A stretch of 64,000 bases of DNA from an uncultured Pelagibacteraceae bacterium (GTDB lineage: Bacteria > Pseudomonadota > Alphaproteobacteria > Pelagibacterales > Pelagibacteraceae), in assembly GCA_902538525.1 (NCBI GenBank), contig CACBFA010000001.1, forward strand, positions 60,250 to 124,249, in the 5' to 3' direction. Below the pieces are notes generated by a model. That model ran no database searches. It saw only the letters and a list, made by a program, of their open reading frames with translations, and was not told where the DNA came from. Numbering within the stretch: the stretch's first letter is position 1; each line of letters starts with the position of its first letter. Below are positions 20,796-29,823 of this stretch, in pieces. A program made the translations under genes and the position numbers.

Positions 20796-21848
20796 CTAAA
20801 TTTTAGGTTCTTGTTGGGTCATGCAATGTATTGCACCAAATCCCCATATCAATTTGCTACAGTCAACTGTTTCGATTTTTCTATTTCTAAAGTAATTTTT
20901 GAAAATTTTAATTGCAATATTGTCTTCTTTTACTTTGAATATTGGAAGAATTATTTTTTTATTACAAATATAAAAATTCATATAACTTGCAGGAACTCTA
21001 GTATTCTTAATATAAATTGGTGAAGGCATAGGAACTTTTATAATTTTGAATTTCTTTCCTTTCTCACATTTACTTTCTTTCAATATATTTAAATTCTTAT
21101 TTAAGTTTTTGTAATTTATATCTTTTTTATTATTTTCAACCGCAGTCATAATCGTATTTCTTGAAACAAATCTTGATATGTCATCAACATGTCCATGTGT
21201 GTCATCGCCAGCAATTCCTTTTTTAAGCCATATAAAGTTTTTTATATTTAAGTATTTATTAAACATTTTTTCGTAGTCTTTTTTTTTAAAATTTTTATTT
21301 CTTTCTTGAATTTTGCTTAACAAACATTCCTCAGTTAATAGAATTGTACCTGAGCCATTTACATCAAATGCCCCTCCTTCCATGATTATTTTTCTAATTC
21401 TGCCTTTTTTTTTGATTATTGGATCAATCTTTTTAAAATTAGCAATTTTACTAATACTATTATTGATTTTATTGTCATTTTTATAATTTTTATACTTTGA
21501 CCATCCGTTAAAACCAAAATTTAGTATTACTTTTTTCTTTTCGACCTTGTTTGTTATAAATATGGGTCCAGAATCTCTTAACCATATTCTATCAGTTTTA
21601 ATATAGTGGAAGTAAATATTTTTGATTTTATTAAGTTTTATTAATTTTTTTATATTTTTTATATTTTTGCTAACGATTAAGTTAATTTTTTGATTTTTTG
21701 AAATTTTTTTTATAATCTTTAAAATTACTTCAGGAATAAATTGATATAATCCAGGCCAATCATTTTTATTATAAGGCCAAGCAATCCAAACTGAATTTTG
21801 AGGCTCCCATTCAGCCGGCATTCTAAATCCATTAAAGTTTTCATTCAT
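20796..21848 (-). CDS. aguA: Agmatine deiminase
   Basis: RMPAEWEP, WLRDSGP, MEGG, GDDTHGHVDD, ASYMNF, GAIHCMTQQEP (catalytic Cys). Confidence 0.93.
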   Translation of the reverse strand: MNENFNGFRMPAEWEPQNSVWIAWPYNKNDWPGLYQFIPEVILKIIKKISKNQKINLIVSKNIKNIKKLIKLNKIKNIYFHYIKTDRIWLRDSGPIFITNKVEKKKVILNFGFNGWSKYKNYKNDNKINNSISKIANFKKIDPIIKKKGRIRKIIMEGGAFDVNGSGTILLTEECLLSKIQERNKNFKKKDYEKMFNKYLNIKNFIWLKKGIAGDDTHGHVDDISRFVSRNTIMTAVENNKKDINYKNLNKNLNILKESKCEKGKKFKIIKVPMPSPIYIKNTRVPASYMNFYICNKKIILPIFKVKEDNIAIKIFKNYFRNRKIETVDCSKLIWGFGAIHCMTQQEPKI

Positions 21849-22722
21849 CTGCAGGATTTTTTAGTATGCCTTTATAAAAATCGATTCTTCTATCTCTTAA
21901 AAAAGGCCAATGCTCTCTGGCTGAATCAATTTTTTTATAGTTTATTTCACGAATTAAAATTTCTTCTTTTTTATTCCCAAGTTTTCCAATTATTTGCCCA
22001 CTAGGATCTATGATCATTGAGTTTCCCCAGAATTCTATTTTCTTCTTACCTTTTTTTTCTGTTCCAACTCTATTTATAGCAACCACATAAGTACCATTTG
22101 CGATTGCGTGAGATTTTTGCATTGTTATCCAAGAGTCTAGTTGAGATTTTCCAAATTTTTTTTTCTCTTTAGGATGCCATCCAATAGCAGTAGGGTAAAA
22201 AATTATTTGTGCACCCTTAAGTGCAGTCAATCTTGCAGCTTCCGGGAACCATTGATCCCAACAAATTAAAGGTCCAATTTTACCAAATTTAGTTTTAACA
22301 GATTTAAAACCTAAATCTCCAGGAGTAAAATAAAATTTTTCATAATAACCAGGATCATCTGGTATATGCATTTTTCTATATTTCGATAAAATTTTACCTT
22401 TCTCGCTAATAACGATACTAGTATTATGATAGAAGCCATGTGTTTTTTTTTCAAATAATGAAATCATTAATACTATTTGTAAATCTTTGGCTAAATCGCA
22501 AAATATTTTTGTAGTTCTGCCAGGTATTTTTTCCGCTAGCTTAAAGTTGGAATGACTTTCTGTTTGACAAAAATAATTTGATAAAAATAGTTCTGGTACA
22601 CAAATTATTTTAGCTCTTTTTGATGCTGCTTTTTTTATATTTTTAATAGCTGAATTTATATTTTTTTGAATATTATCTGAAATTTTACTTTGAATAATTC
22701 CAATTTTTACTTTTTTGATCAT
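21841..22722 (-). CDS. aguB: N-carbamoylputrescine amidase (nitrilase superfamily)
   Basis: PELF...YFCQ, YRKMHIPDDPGYYEKFYF, ICWDQWFPE, YPTAIG, WPFLRDRR. Confidence 0.92.
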   Translation of the reverse strand: MIKKVKIGIIQSKISDNIQKNINSAIKNIKKAASKRAKIICVPELFLSNYFCQTESHSNFKLAEKIPGRTTKIFCDLAKDLQIVLMISLFEKKTHGFYHNTSIVISEKGKILSKYRKMHIPDDPGYYEKFYFTPGDLGFKSVKTKFGKIGPLICWDQWFPEAARLTALKGAQIIFYPTAIGWHPKEKKKFGKSQLDSWITMQKSHAIANGTYVVAINRVGTEKKGKKKIEFWGNSMIIDPSGQIIGKLGNKKEEILIREINYKKIDSAREHWPFLRDRRIDFYKGILKNPADE

Positions 22723-22725
22723 CTA

Positions 22726-23766
22726 TCAAAATATTTTGGAAAAGTTTTTTCTGTCTCTATTTTTCCATTCTCCAGTATGATAGGCGTCACTTGCTATTAA
22801 TGGTAAAACACTGGTAGCTTCAGCAAATACCATTTGTTCTTTGGTAGTATCAACCTTACCCCATGAACTTGCTTCTTTTAATGTCGAACTACTGCAAGCT
22901 CCATCTCTTGAGTCAGCAACAGTAATTTGTATTGCATATTTGTGCATATCTACATTTTTTCCCAAAAGTTCAGCACAAATTACCGTGTCCTGTATAAAGT
23001 TTTTAGGAACTCCACCACCAATCATGAATAATCCCGACCCTTTAGATTTAATTTTAATCTCTGTTAATTCTCTAAATTCTCTAATTGAGTCTATTGTAAT
23101 ATGATTTTTTGGATTTCTCTCTTGATGCATGACTAATCCAAAACCTGCACTTGAGTCTGTAAATGCAGGACAGAATATAGGTACATCGTTATCAAAAGCT
23201 GTCTCAATTAAAGAACCTTTCTTTTTAGAATTAGTTTTTAGATATTTGCCAATCTCTTTAATAAATTCTCTCGATGTGTAAGACTTCGGCTCAAGTTTGT
23301 CTGCTATTTCTCCTATTGTTTTATCACAAGCCTGGAGCTCCTCTTCATCGATGTAAGTATCATAAATCCTATCTATATAATTGTCTCTAAGTTCAATATC
23401 ATTTTGATATTGTGATCCTTGGTAATGTTTAAATCCAAGCGCTTCAAAAAAATCCATATCTATTATAGATGCTCCAGTTGCTACAATTGCATCTACCATG
23501 TTGTATTTAACCATATCTCTATAAATATGCATACATCCAGCGGCAGAAGTAGACCCTGCAAGAGTTAAGAATATTGTACAATCTTTATCTTTAAGCATTT
23601 CATTATATATCTTGGATGCATTAGCAGTTTCTCTTGAAACAAAAGACATTTTTTCCATAGAAGATATAATTTTTCTAGAGTCAAAAGATGTAATATCAAT
23701 ATGTTCAACCTCTTTACTTAAAAAGTCTTTTTTTCTGTTATGATTAAGATTTTTTGTATCTGACAT
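22726..23766 (-). CDS. Deoxyhypusine synthase-like protein (probable homospermidine-pathway aminobutyltransferase)
   Basis: IDRIYD, PAFTDSS.G, IGGGVPKNF, DGACSSST..EASSWGK (catalytic Lys), EAT..LP. Confidence 0.9.
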   Translation of the reverse strand: MSDTKNLNHNRKKDFLSKEVEHIDITSFDSRKIISSMEKMSFVSRETANASKIYNEMLKDKDCTIFLTLAGSTSAAGCMHIYRDMVKYNMVDAIVATGASIIDMDFFEALGFKHYQGSQYQNDIELRDNYIDRIYDTYIDEEELQACDKTIGEIADKLEPKSYTSREFIKEIGKYLKTNSKKKGSLIETAFDNDVPIFCPAFTDSSAGFGLVMHQERNPKNHITIDSIREFRELTEIKIKSKGSGLFMIGGGVPKNFIQDTVICAELLGKNVDMHKYAIQITVADSRDGACSSSTLKEASSWGKVDTTKEQMVFAEATSVLPLIASDAYHTGEWKNRDRKNFSKIF

Positions 23767-24944
23767 TATGCAACAAGAAACTCTTTATTTGTCTCTTTGT
23801 CATACATCGTCATTATTGGATCATCACATACTTCGTAAATACTATCAGAATAATATCCATTAAATTGAGTTCTAAATGTCAATCCGTATGCTCCTAATTG
23901 ACCTAATTCAATGTAATCACCTTCTTTAATATTATTAGGTAGAATAAAAGGTCCTTTCATATAATCCATGCTATCACATGTTGGTCCATAAAAATCAAAT
24001 GAAGTCAGTTTTTTTGATATAATTCTTCCACTTGTAATTATCCTTGATGGATAAACTATATTAGGCACACCTGCATCAAATAAAGTTCCGTATGTTCCAT
24101 CATTGATATATAGCTTTTGTTTTTTTCTTAAGTTTACTCTCACAATTGTCGAACCACTTTCCGCAACAATTGCTCGACCTGGCTCACATATAATTTCTGG
24201 TTTTTTTTCTAATTTTAATTTATTTAATGAATTTTTTATTTCCTCAAAATAAGAGTCTAATGATTGAGGAACTAAGTCAGGATAGATTGTTGGAAATCCT
24301 CCACCTATATTTATAACATCTGGAACTATCTTTGTTTTTTTTATTATATATTTAATTTCATTAATCCCTTTTGAATAGGATATTGGATGCATACATTGCG
24401 AACCCACATGAAAACTTAATCCTATTTTTTTTGCATACTGTTTTGTTAATCTATAAAGCCCTATTGCTTCAGAAGTTTGTGCGCCAAATTTTTTAGATAA
24501 ATCTATTTCTGCGTGTTCATTAGAAACTGCAACTCTCACAAATAACTCTAAATCCTTAGCTTGATTAGTACTATTAAGAATTTTTATTAATTCATCTTTT
24601 GTATCTATTGAAAAAGTCTTAATATTATATTTGAAATATGCTTCGTTTATACTTTCCTTGCTTTTTACAGTATGCATGTAGGAGCATTTTGCATCTGGGC
24701 TAACACTTCTAATTGCCTCAACTTCTTTAATTGAAGCGATATCAAAATCATTAATTCCACTTTCCACGATAGTTTTTAATACTAATGGATGCGGGTTAGT
24801 TTTAACTGCATATAGGATTTTACCAGGAAATTTATTCTGAAAAAATTTAGAAGCTATGTTTATAGAATCTCTTCTAATACAATAAACAGGTTCTGTTGGT
24901 TTCAGTTGATTTACTAATTTATCAACTGATTTAAATTTTTGCAT
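23766..24944 (-). CDS. Alanine-racemase-fold (type III PLP) basic amino acid decarboxylase (ornithine/lysine/arginine)
   Basis: YAVKTN PLP lysine, KFG, FHVGSQ, IGGGFP, EPGR, GPTCDSMD, GAY. Confidence 0.92.
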   Translation of the reverse strand: MQKFKSVDKLVNQLKPTEPVYCIRRDSINIASKFFQNKFPGKILYAVKTNPHPLVLKTIVESGINDFDIASIKEVEAIRSVSPDAKCSYMHTVKSKESINEAYFKYNIKTFSIDTKDELIKILNSTNQAKDLELFVRVAVSNEHAEIDLSKKFGAQTSEAIGLYRLTKQYAKKIGLSFHVGSQCMHPISYSKGINEIKYIIKKTKIVPDVINIGGGFPTIYPDLVPQSLDSYFEEIKNSLNKLKLEKKPEIICEPGRAIVAESGSTIVRVNLRKKQKLYINDGTYGTLFDAGVPNIVYPSRIITSGRIISKKLTSFDFYGPTCDSMDYMKGPFILPNNIKEGDYIELGQLGAYGLTFRTQFNGYYSDSIYEVCDDPIMTMYDKETNKEFLVA

Positions 24945-25054
24945 TTAAAGCTCCAAAAAAAATTTAACAAAAAAAACCGGCATAACTGCTATGCAAGTTT
25001 ATATAAAACGAGCATTTATGCAGAAAATGAGCCAATGTAAAGTAAAAATGTACC

Positions 25055-25084
25055 CTTGAAATAATTTAGAATGTTTCCATATAA
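25055..25084 (+). promoter_or_regulatory. RpoH (sigma32)-type promoter, probably giving a leaderless regA mRNA
   Basis: CTTGAA-N16-CCATATA ending 6 nt before the ATG; same boxes and spacing as the hsp20 promoter. Confidence 0.6.
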
Positions 25085-25089
25085 GGTCC

Positions 25090-25653
25090 ATGCCAGATGC
25101 AGAAGTATTAAAAAAAATAACAGAATTTGAGGATAAATCTCTACTTATAGTAGATGATGATAACCCTTTTAGAGAAAGACTAGCTCGAGCAATGGAGAAA
25201 AAGGGCTTTTCTGTTTCACAAGCAGAGGGTGTAAAAATTGGAATAGAATCTGTGAAATCAAGAAAACCTGCTTTTGCAGTTGTTGACTTGAGACTAAACG
25301 ATGGAAACGGACTAGAAGTTGTAAAAGAAATCCAGAAAAATAACTCAGAGAGCAGAATAGTGATGCTCACTGGTTATGGAAATATACCAACTGCAGTAGC
25401 AGCCATTAAAGAAGGTGCAATAGACTATTTAGCTAAACCAGCAGATGCAGATGACGTAGAAAAAGCACTTTTAGCTGATCCAAATAAAAAAGCTGCTCCA
25501 CCGGAAAATCCAATGTCCGCTGATAGAGTTAAATGGGAACATATTCACAGAGTTTTTGAATTATGTAACAGAAATGTATCTGAAACTGCAAGAAGGCTTA
25601 AAATGCATCGAAGAACACTTCAAAGAATTCTATCAAAAAGATCTCCAAGGTAA
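25090..25653 (+). CDS. regA: ActR/PrrA/RegA redox response regulator
   Basis: Receiver LIVDDD...VDLRL, LTGYGNI.TAV, PENPMSADRVKWEHIHRV...NVSETARRLKMHRRTLQRIL.KR. Confidence 0.97.
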   Translation: MPDAEVLKKITEFEDKSLLIVDDDNPFRERLARAMEKKGFSVSQAEGVKIGIESVKSRKPAFAVVDLRLNDGNGLEVVKEIQKNNSESRIVMLTGYGNIPTAVAAIKEGAIDYLAKPADADDVEKALLADPNKKAAPPENPMSADRVKWEHIHRVFELCNRNVSETARRLKMHRRTLQRILSKRSPR

Positions 25654-25655
25654 TT

Positions 25656-26207
25656 CTAAATATATTTTCTCAGTTTAATAATTTTATTAACTAAAGCTGT
25701 TAGTAATAATATCTTAAATAATTCAGCATAAAGAAACGGGTAAACACCAAATTCTAATATTGGTTTATCCCAACCGATTAAATTTCCAAGCCACAAAATA
25801 CCCAAAATATATATTACTGATGTTGCAATTATAATTTTTAAAAAATTTAATATATGGTTTTTATCGTATGTGAATATGCCTGCTATCAGACATGCAAATA
25901 TAAAACCTATTAAATATCCCATTGTGGGACCAACAAAATAAGCTAATCCTATTCCTTTCTCTGGTGAGTTAGAAAATACTGGTAATCCCATAATTCCTTC
26001 TATCAAATAAAAAACTACCGAAAGTACCCCGACTTTATATCCAAAGGAAATTCCTAAAAACAAAACTATAAATGTTTGCATAGTCATAGGAACCGGATAA
26101 AAAGGTATTTTAATTTTTGCAGATATTGTCAATAAAATAGAACCTATTAATGCAAATATTATGATTTTAATTATTTTATTATTAGAAATTGAATTTACTA
26201 ATTCCAT
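25656..26207 (-). CDS. bioY: Biotin transporter BioY
   Basis: PVPMTMQT, GLPVFS, GPTMGYLIGF. Confidence 0.94.
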   Translation of the reverse strand: MELVNSISNNKIIKIIIFALIGSILLTISAKIKIPFYPVPMTMQTFIVLFLGISFGYKVGVLSVVFYLIEGIMGLPVFSNSPEKGIGLAYFVGPTMGYLIGFIFACLIAGIFTYDKNHILNFLKIIIATSVIYILGILWLGNLIGWDKPILEFGVYPFLYAELFKILLLTALVNKIIKLRKYI

Positions 26208-26307
26208 TAGATTTAAATTACTATTTTAATAAAGTTTAATCCACTAATATTTATTAACAGGATGTTTTATTCTTACTATAATACGTCAATTTATTATAAA
26301 TTAAATT

Positions 26308-29073
26308 ATGGGTAAAATTAAAAAAACAGATCATTTCTATCTTATTGATGGGTCCGGATACATATTTAGAGCCTATTATGCATTGCCACCATTAACACGA
26401 AAAAGTGATGGTTTGCCAGTAGGAGCAGTAAGTGGATTTTGTAACATGCTGTTTAAATTATTAGAGGACTCTAAATCTAGCGAAAATTTAGAAAAACCAA
26501 CTCATTTTGCAGTAATCTTTGACTCTGCAAGAAAGAATTTTCGAAACGAAATATATTCAGATTATAAAGGAAATAGGTCTGATGCTCCCGATGATCTAAT
26601 TCCACAATTTGATTATATCAGAAAGTCAGTATTAGCATTCAATTTACCCTCTATAGAAATGTTAAATTACGAGGCTGATGATTTGATAGCCACCTATGTA
26701 GAGCAAATATTAGACGAAGGTGCAAAGGTTACAATTGTATCATCTGACAAAGATTTAATGCAACTTTTCAAAAAAAAGGTTCGTATATACGATCCAATGA
26801 AGAATAAATTTATATCTAATGACGATGTAATCAATAAATTTGGGGTTGGTCCGGATAAAGTAATTGATGTTCAATCACTTGCAGGGGATAGTACAGACAA
26901 TGTACCTGGTGTTCCAGGTATTGGTGTAAAAACAGCAGCAGAATTAATTAAGGAATATGGAAATTTAGAAAACCTTCTCAAAAACGCAAATAAAATAAAA
27001 CAGAATAAAAGAAGAGAAACACTTTTAGAAAATAAAGATAAGGCTCTGATAAGTAAAAAACTGGTCACATTAAAAAATGATGTTCCGGTGAAAGACAAAT
27101 TAACTGACTTTGTTTTAAAAAAAGTAGACGTAGACAAGTTATACAATTTTTTGAGAGAAATGGAATTTAATAGGTTATTGAGTTCGGCAATTTCGACGTA
27201 TGGTCAATCCAAATTTAGTGATGAAATAGAAGTCAAAAAAGAAACATCTAAAATATCAAAAGATAAATATTTTTTGATAAAAAATTTATCTGAAATAAAA
27301 GATTGGATGCAAGAAGCCGAAGAAGTTGGAGAATTTTCTATTGATACTGAAACAGATTCTCTTGACCCACATCAGGCAAATTTAGTTGGTATCTCAATTT
27401 CTAGCAAAATAGGTAAAGCTTGTTACATTCCAACAGGTCATATTGATAAAAATAATCTAAATGAAAAAGATGTTTTGAAAATTTTAAAACCATATTTAGA
27501 GGATAAAAGTTTAAAAAAAATTGGGCAAAATATTAAATTCGATTACATAATATTTCGTAGAAGAGATATAGATATTCAAAGCATGGAAGATACAATGTTG
27601 ATGTCATACGTTTTAGATGCTGGGAAAAATAGACATAATATGGATACCCTTTCAGATATTCATCTCGGTCACAAAACAATTAAATATAAAGATCTTGTTG
27701 GATCTGGAAAAAAAGAAATTAAATTCAGCCAAGTAGAATTAAATATTGCAAAAGATTATGCGGCAGAAGATGCTGATATAACTTACCGTTTATATAAAAT
27801 ATTTTTGAAATCGCTTAAATCAGAAAAATTACTAAATATTTATGAAATTTTTGAAAAACCTTTAATTAAAATTTTAGCATCAATGGAAATCAATGGCATA
27901 AAATTGGATAATAATTTTCTTAAAAAATTATCTGTTAAGTTTGAAAAAAAACTTCAAGATTTAGAAAAACAAATTTTTAAAATTTCAAAAAAAAAATTTA
28001 ATATTGCATCAACTAAACAGTTGGGTGAAATAATGTATAATGACCTCAAAATTGCATCGCTAAAAAAGACTAAAAAAGGGAGTTTTGCAACTGGTGCAGC
28101 AGTTCTAGAGGATTTAGCTTACAAAGGGAATGAATTTCCTAAATTGGTTTTAGAATGGAGGCAATCTAGTAAATTGAAAAATACATATTCAGATTCTCTG
28201 CCAGAGCATTTAAATCCCAATACAAAAAGAGTGCATACATCTTTTCTGTTAGCAGCAACTACAACGGGTAGACTTGCATCTAGTGATCCAAATTTACAAA
28301 ATATTCCTATTAAAACTGAGGAGGGCAAAGATATTCGTAAAGCCTTCATATCAGAAAAAAATAAAAAACTTATATCAGCAGACTATAATCAGATCGAAAT
28401 GAGAATTTTGGCTGATCTAGCTGATGTAAAAGAACTAAAAAAAGCTTTTAAAAATAATGAGGATATTCACTCATTAACCGCTAGCCAGGTTTTTAGTGCA
28501 GACATAAAAAAAATTGATGCTGATATGAGGAGAAAAGCGAAAGCTATTAATTTTGGAATAATTTATGGAATATCTCAATATGGTTTGGCCAAACAAATTG
28601 GTGTATCAAACAATGAAGCCGAAGAATTTCTAAATTCATATTTTATTAAATTTCCAGAAATTAAAGAATACATGAATAACACAATTAAATTCTGTAGAAA
28701 AAGTGGATATGTAAGAAATATTTTTGGTCGAAAAACTCATATTCCAGGAATCAATGACAAAAGTTTTAATGTTAGAAATTTTCAAGAAAGGGCAGCTATA
28801 AATGCACCTATCCAAGGATCAGCATCAGAAATAATGCGACTTGCTATGATTAGAATCAACGATGAGCTTAATACTAAAAAAACAAATGAATTTAATATGT
28901 TGCTTCAAATTCACGATGAATTGATTTTTGAGGTAATTGATAATGGTACTAAATCTGCTTCTAAAAAGATTAAAGATATTATGACAAGTGTGAAAGATAG
29001 TGATTTGCATTCATTTTCAATACCATTATCGGTAGATGTAAACATAGGTGATAACTGGGGAGAGCTTCATTAA
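26308..29073 (+). CDS. polA: DNA polymerase I
   Basis: 5' nuclease LIDGS..FRAYY, EADD; exonuclease DTET; TGRLASSDPNLQNIP, ADYNQIEMR, KAINFGIIYG, QIHDEL. Confidence 0.99.
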   Translation: MGKIKKTDHFYLIDGSGYIFRAYYALPPLTRKSDGLPVGAVSGFCNMLFKLLEDSKSSENLEKPTHFAVIFDSARKNFRNEIYSDYKGNRSDAPDDLIPQFDYIRKSVLAFNLPSIEMLNYEADDLIATYVEQILDEGAKVTIVSSDKDLMQLFKKKVRIYDPMKNKFISNDDVINKFGVGPDKVIDVQSLAGDSTDNVPGVPGIGVKTAAELIKEYGNLENLLKNANKIKQNKRRETLLENKDKALISKKLVTLKNDVPVKDKLTDFVLKKVDVDKLYNFLREMEFNRLLSSAISTYGQSKFSDEIEVKKETSKISKDKYFLIKNLSEIKDWMQEAEEVGEFSIDTETDSLDPHQANLVGISISSKIGKACYIPTGHIDKNNLNEKDVLKILKPYLEDKSLKKIGQNIKFDYIIFRRRDIDIQSMEDTMLMSYVLDAGKNRHNMDTLSDIHLGHKTIKYKDLVGSGKKEIKFSQVELNIAKDYAAEDADITYRLYKIFLKSLKSEKLLNIYEIFEKPLIKILASMEINGIKLDNNFLKKLSVKFEKKLQDLEKQIFKISKKKFNIASTKQLGEIMYNDLKIASLKKTKKGSFATGAAVLEDLAYKGNEFPKLVLEWRQSSKLKNTYSDSLPEHLNPNTKRVHTSFLLAATTTGRLASSDPNLQNIPIKTEEGKDIRKAFISEKNKKLISADYNQIEMRILADLADVKELKKAFKNNEDIHSLTASQVFSADIKKIDADMRRKAKAINFGIIYGISQYGLAKQIGVSNNEAEEFLNSYFIKFPEIKEYMNNTIKFCRKSGYVRNIFGRKTHIPGINDKSFNVRNFQERAAINAPIQGSASEIMRLAMIRINDELNTKKTNEFNMLLQIHDELIFEVIDNGTKSASKKIKDIMTSVKDSDLHSFSIPLSVDVNIGDNWGELH

Positions 29074-29124
29074 TAAACATTTAATTGCCCAATTTTAAAC
29101 ATTTTAGTATTTTTATAGTTAGAC

Positions 29125-29823
29125 ATGAAACAAACAATTGCCCTTGTTGATGATGATAGAAATATATTAACTAGTTTAAGTATTGCTCTAGAGAAAGAGG
29201 GTTTTAATATTCAAACTTATTTGGATGGAGAAAGTGCCTTAATAGGTTTGTCAAGAAATCCCCCAGACCTTGCAGTCATAGATATTAAAATGCCAAGAAT
29301 GGATGGAGAGGAATTGTTAAAAAAATTGAGAAAAAAAACATCTATGCCCGTTATTTTTTTAACTTCAAAAGATGAAGAGGTGGATGAGCTCTTAGGACTA
29401 AAACTAGGGGCTGATGATTTTGTAAAAAAATCAGGTGGCTTTTCAACTAAAGTTCTTATTGAAAGAATTCGTGTTCAACTTAGAAAAAAAGATAATAATT
29501 TAGAGGATAATAGAAATATAATTTCACATGGAAAATTAAAACTTGACCCTTCACAGCTAGAGTGTGAATGGGATGGCAAGCAATTACCAGATAAATTAAC
29601 AACAACAGAATTCTTAATTGTAAAAGAATTAGCAAAAAGACCTGGAATTATTAAAGAAAGATCTCAATTAATGGATGTTGCTTACAGAGAAGACACAGAT
29701 ATTGAAGATAGAACAATAGATAGTCACGTAAAAAGGATTAGAAAAAAGTTTAAAAAAGTAGATAATAACTTTTCAGCGATAGAAACCAGATATGGCAGTG
29801 GTTATCGTTGGAATGTTAAATAA
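29125..29823 (+). CDS. chvI: OmpR-family response regulator ChvI
   Basis: IALVDDDRNILTS, DIKMPRMDG, FLTSKDEE.DE, DRTIDSHVKRIRKKF. Confidence 0.93.
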   Translation: MKQTIALVDDDRNILTSLSIALEKEGFNIQTYLDGESALIGLSRNPPDLAVIDIKMPRMDGEELLKKLRKKTSMPVIFLTSKDEEVDELLGLKLGADDFVKKSGGFSTKVLIERIRVQLRKKDNNLEDNRNIISHGKLKLDPSQLECEWDGKQLPDKLTTTEFLIVKELAKRPGIIKERSQLMDVAYREDTDIEDRTIDSHVKRIRKKFKKVDNNFSAIETRYGSGYRWNVK

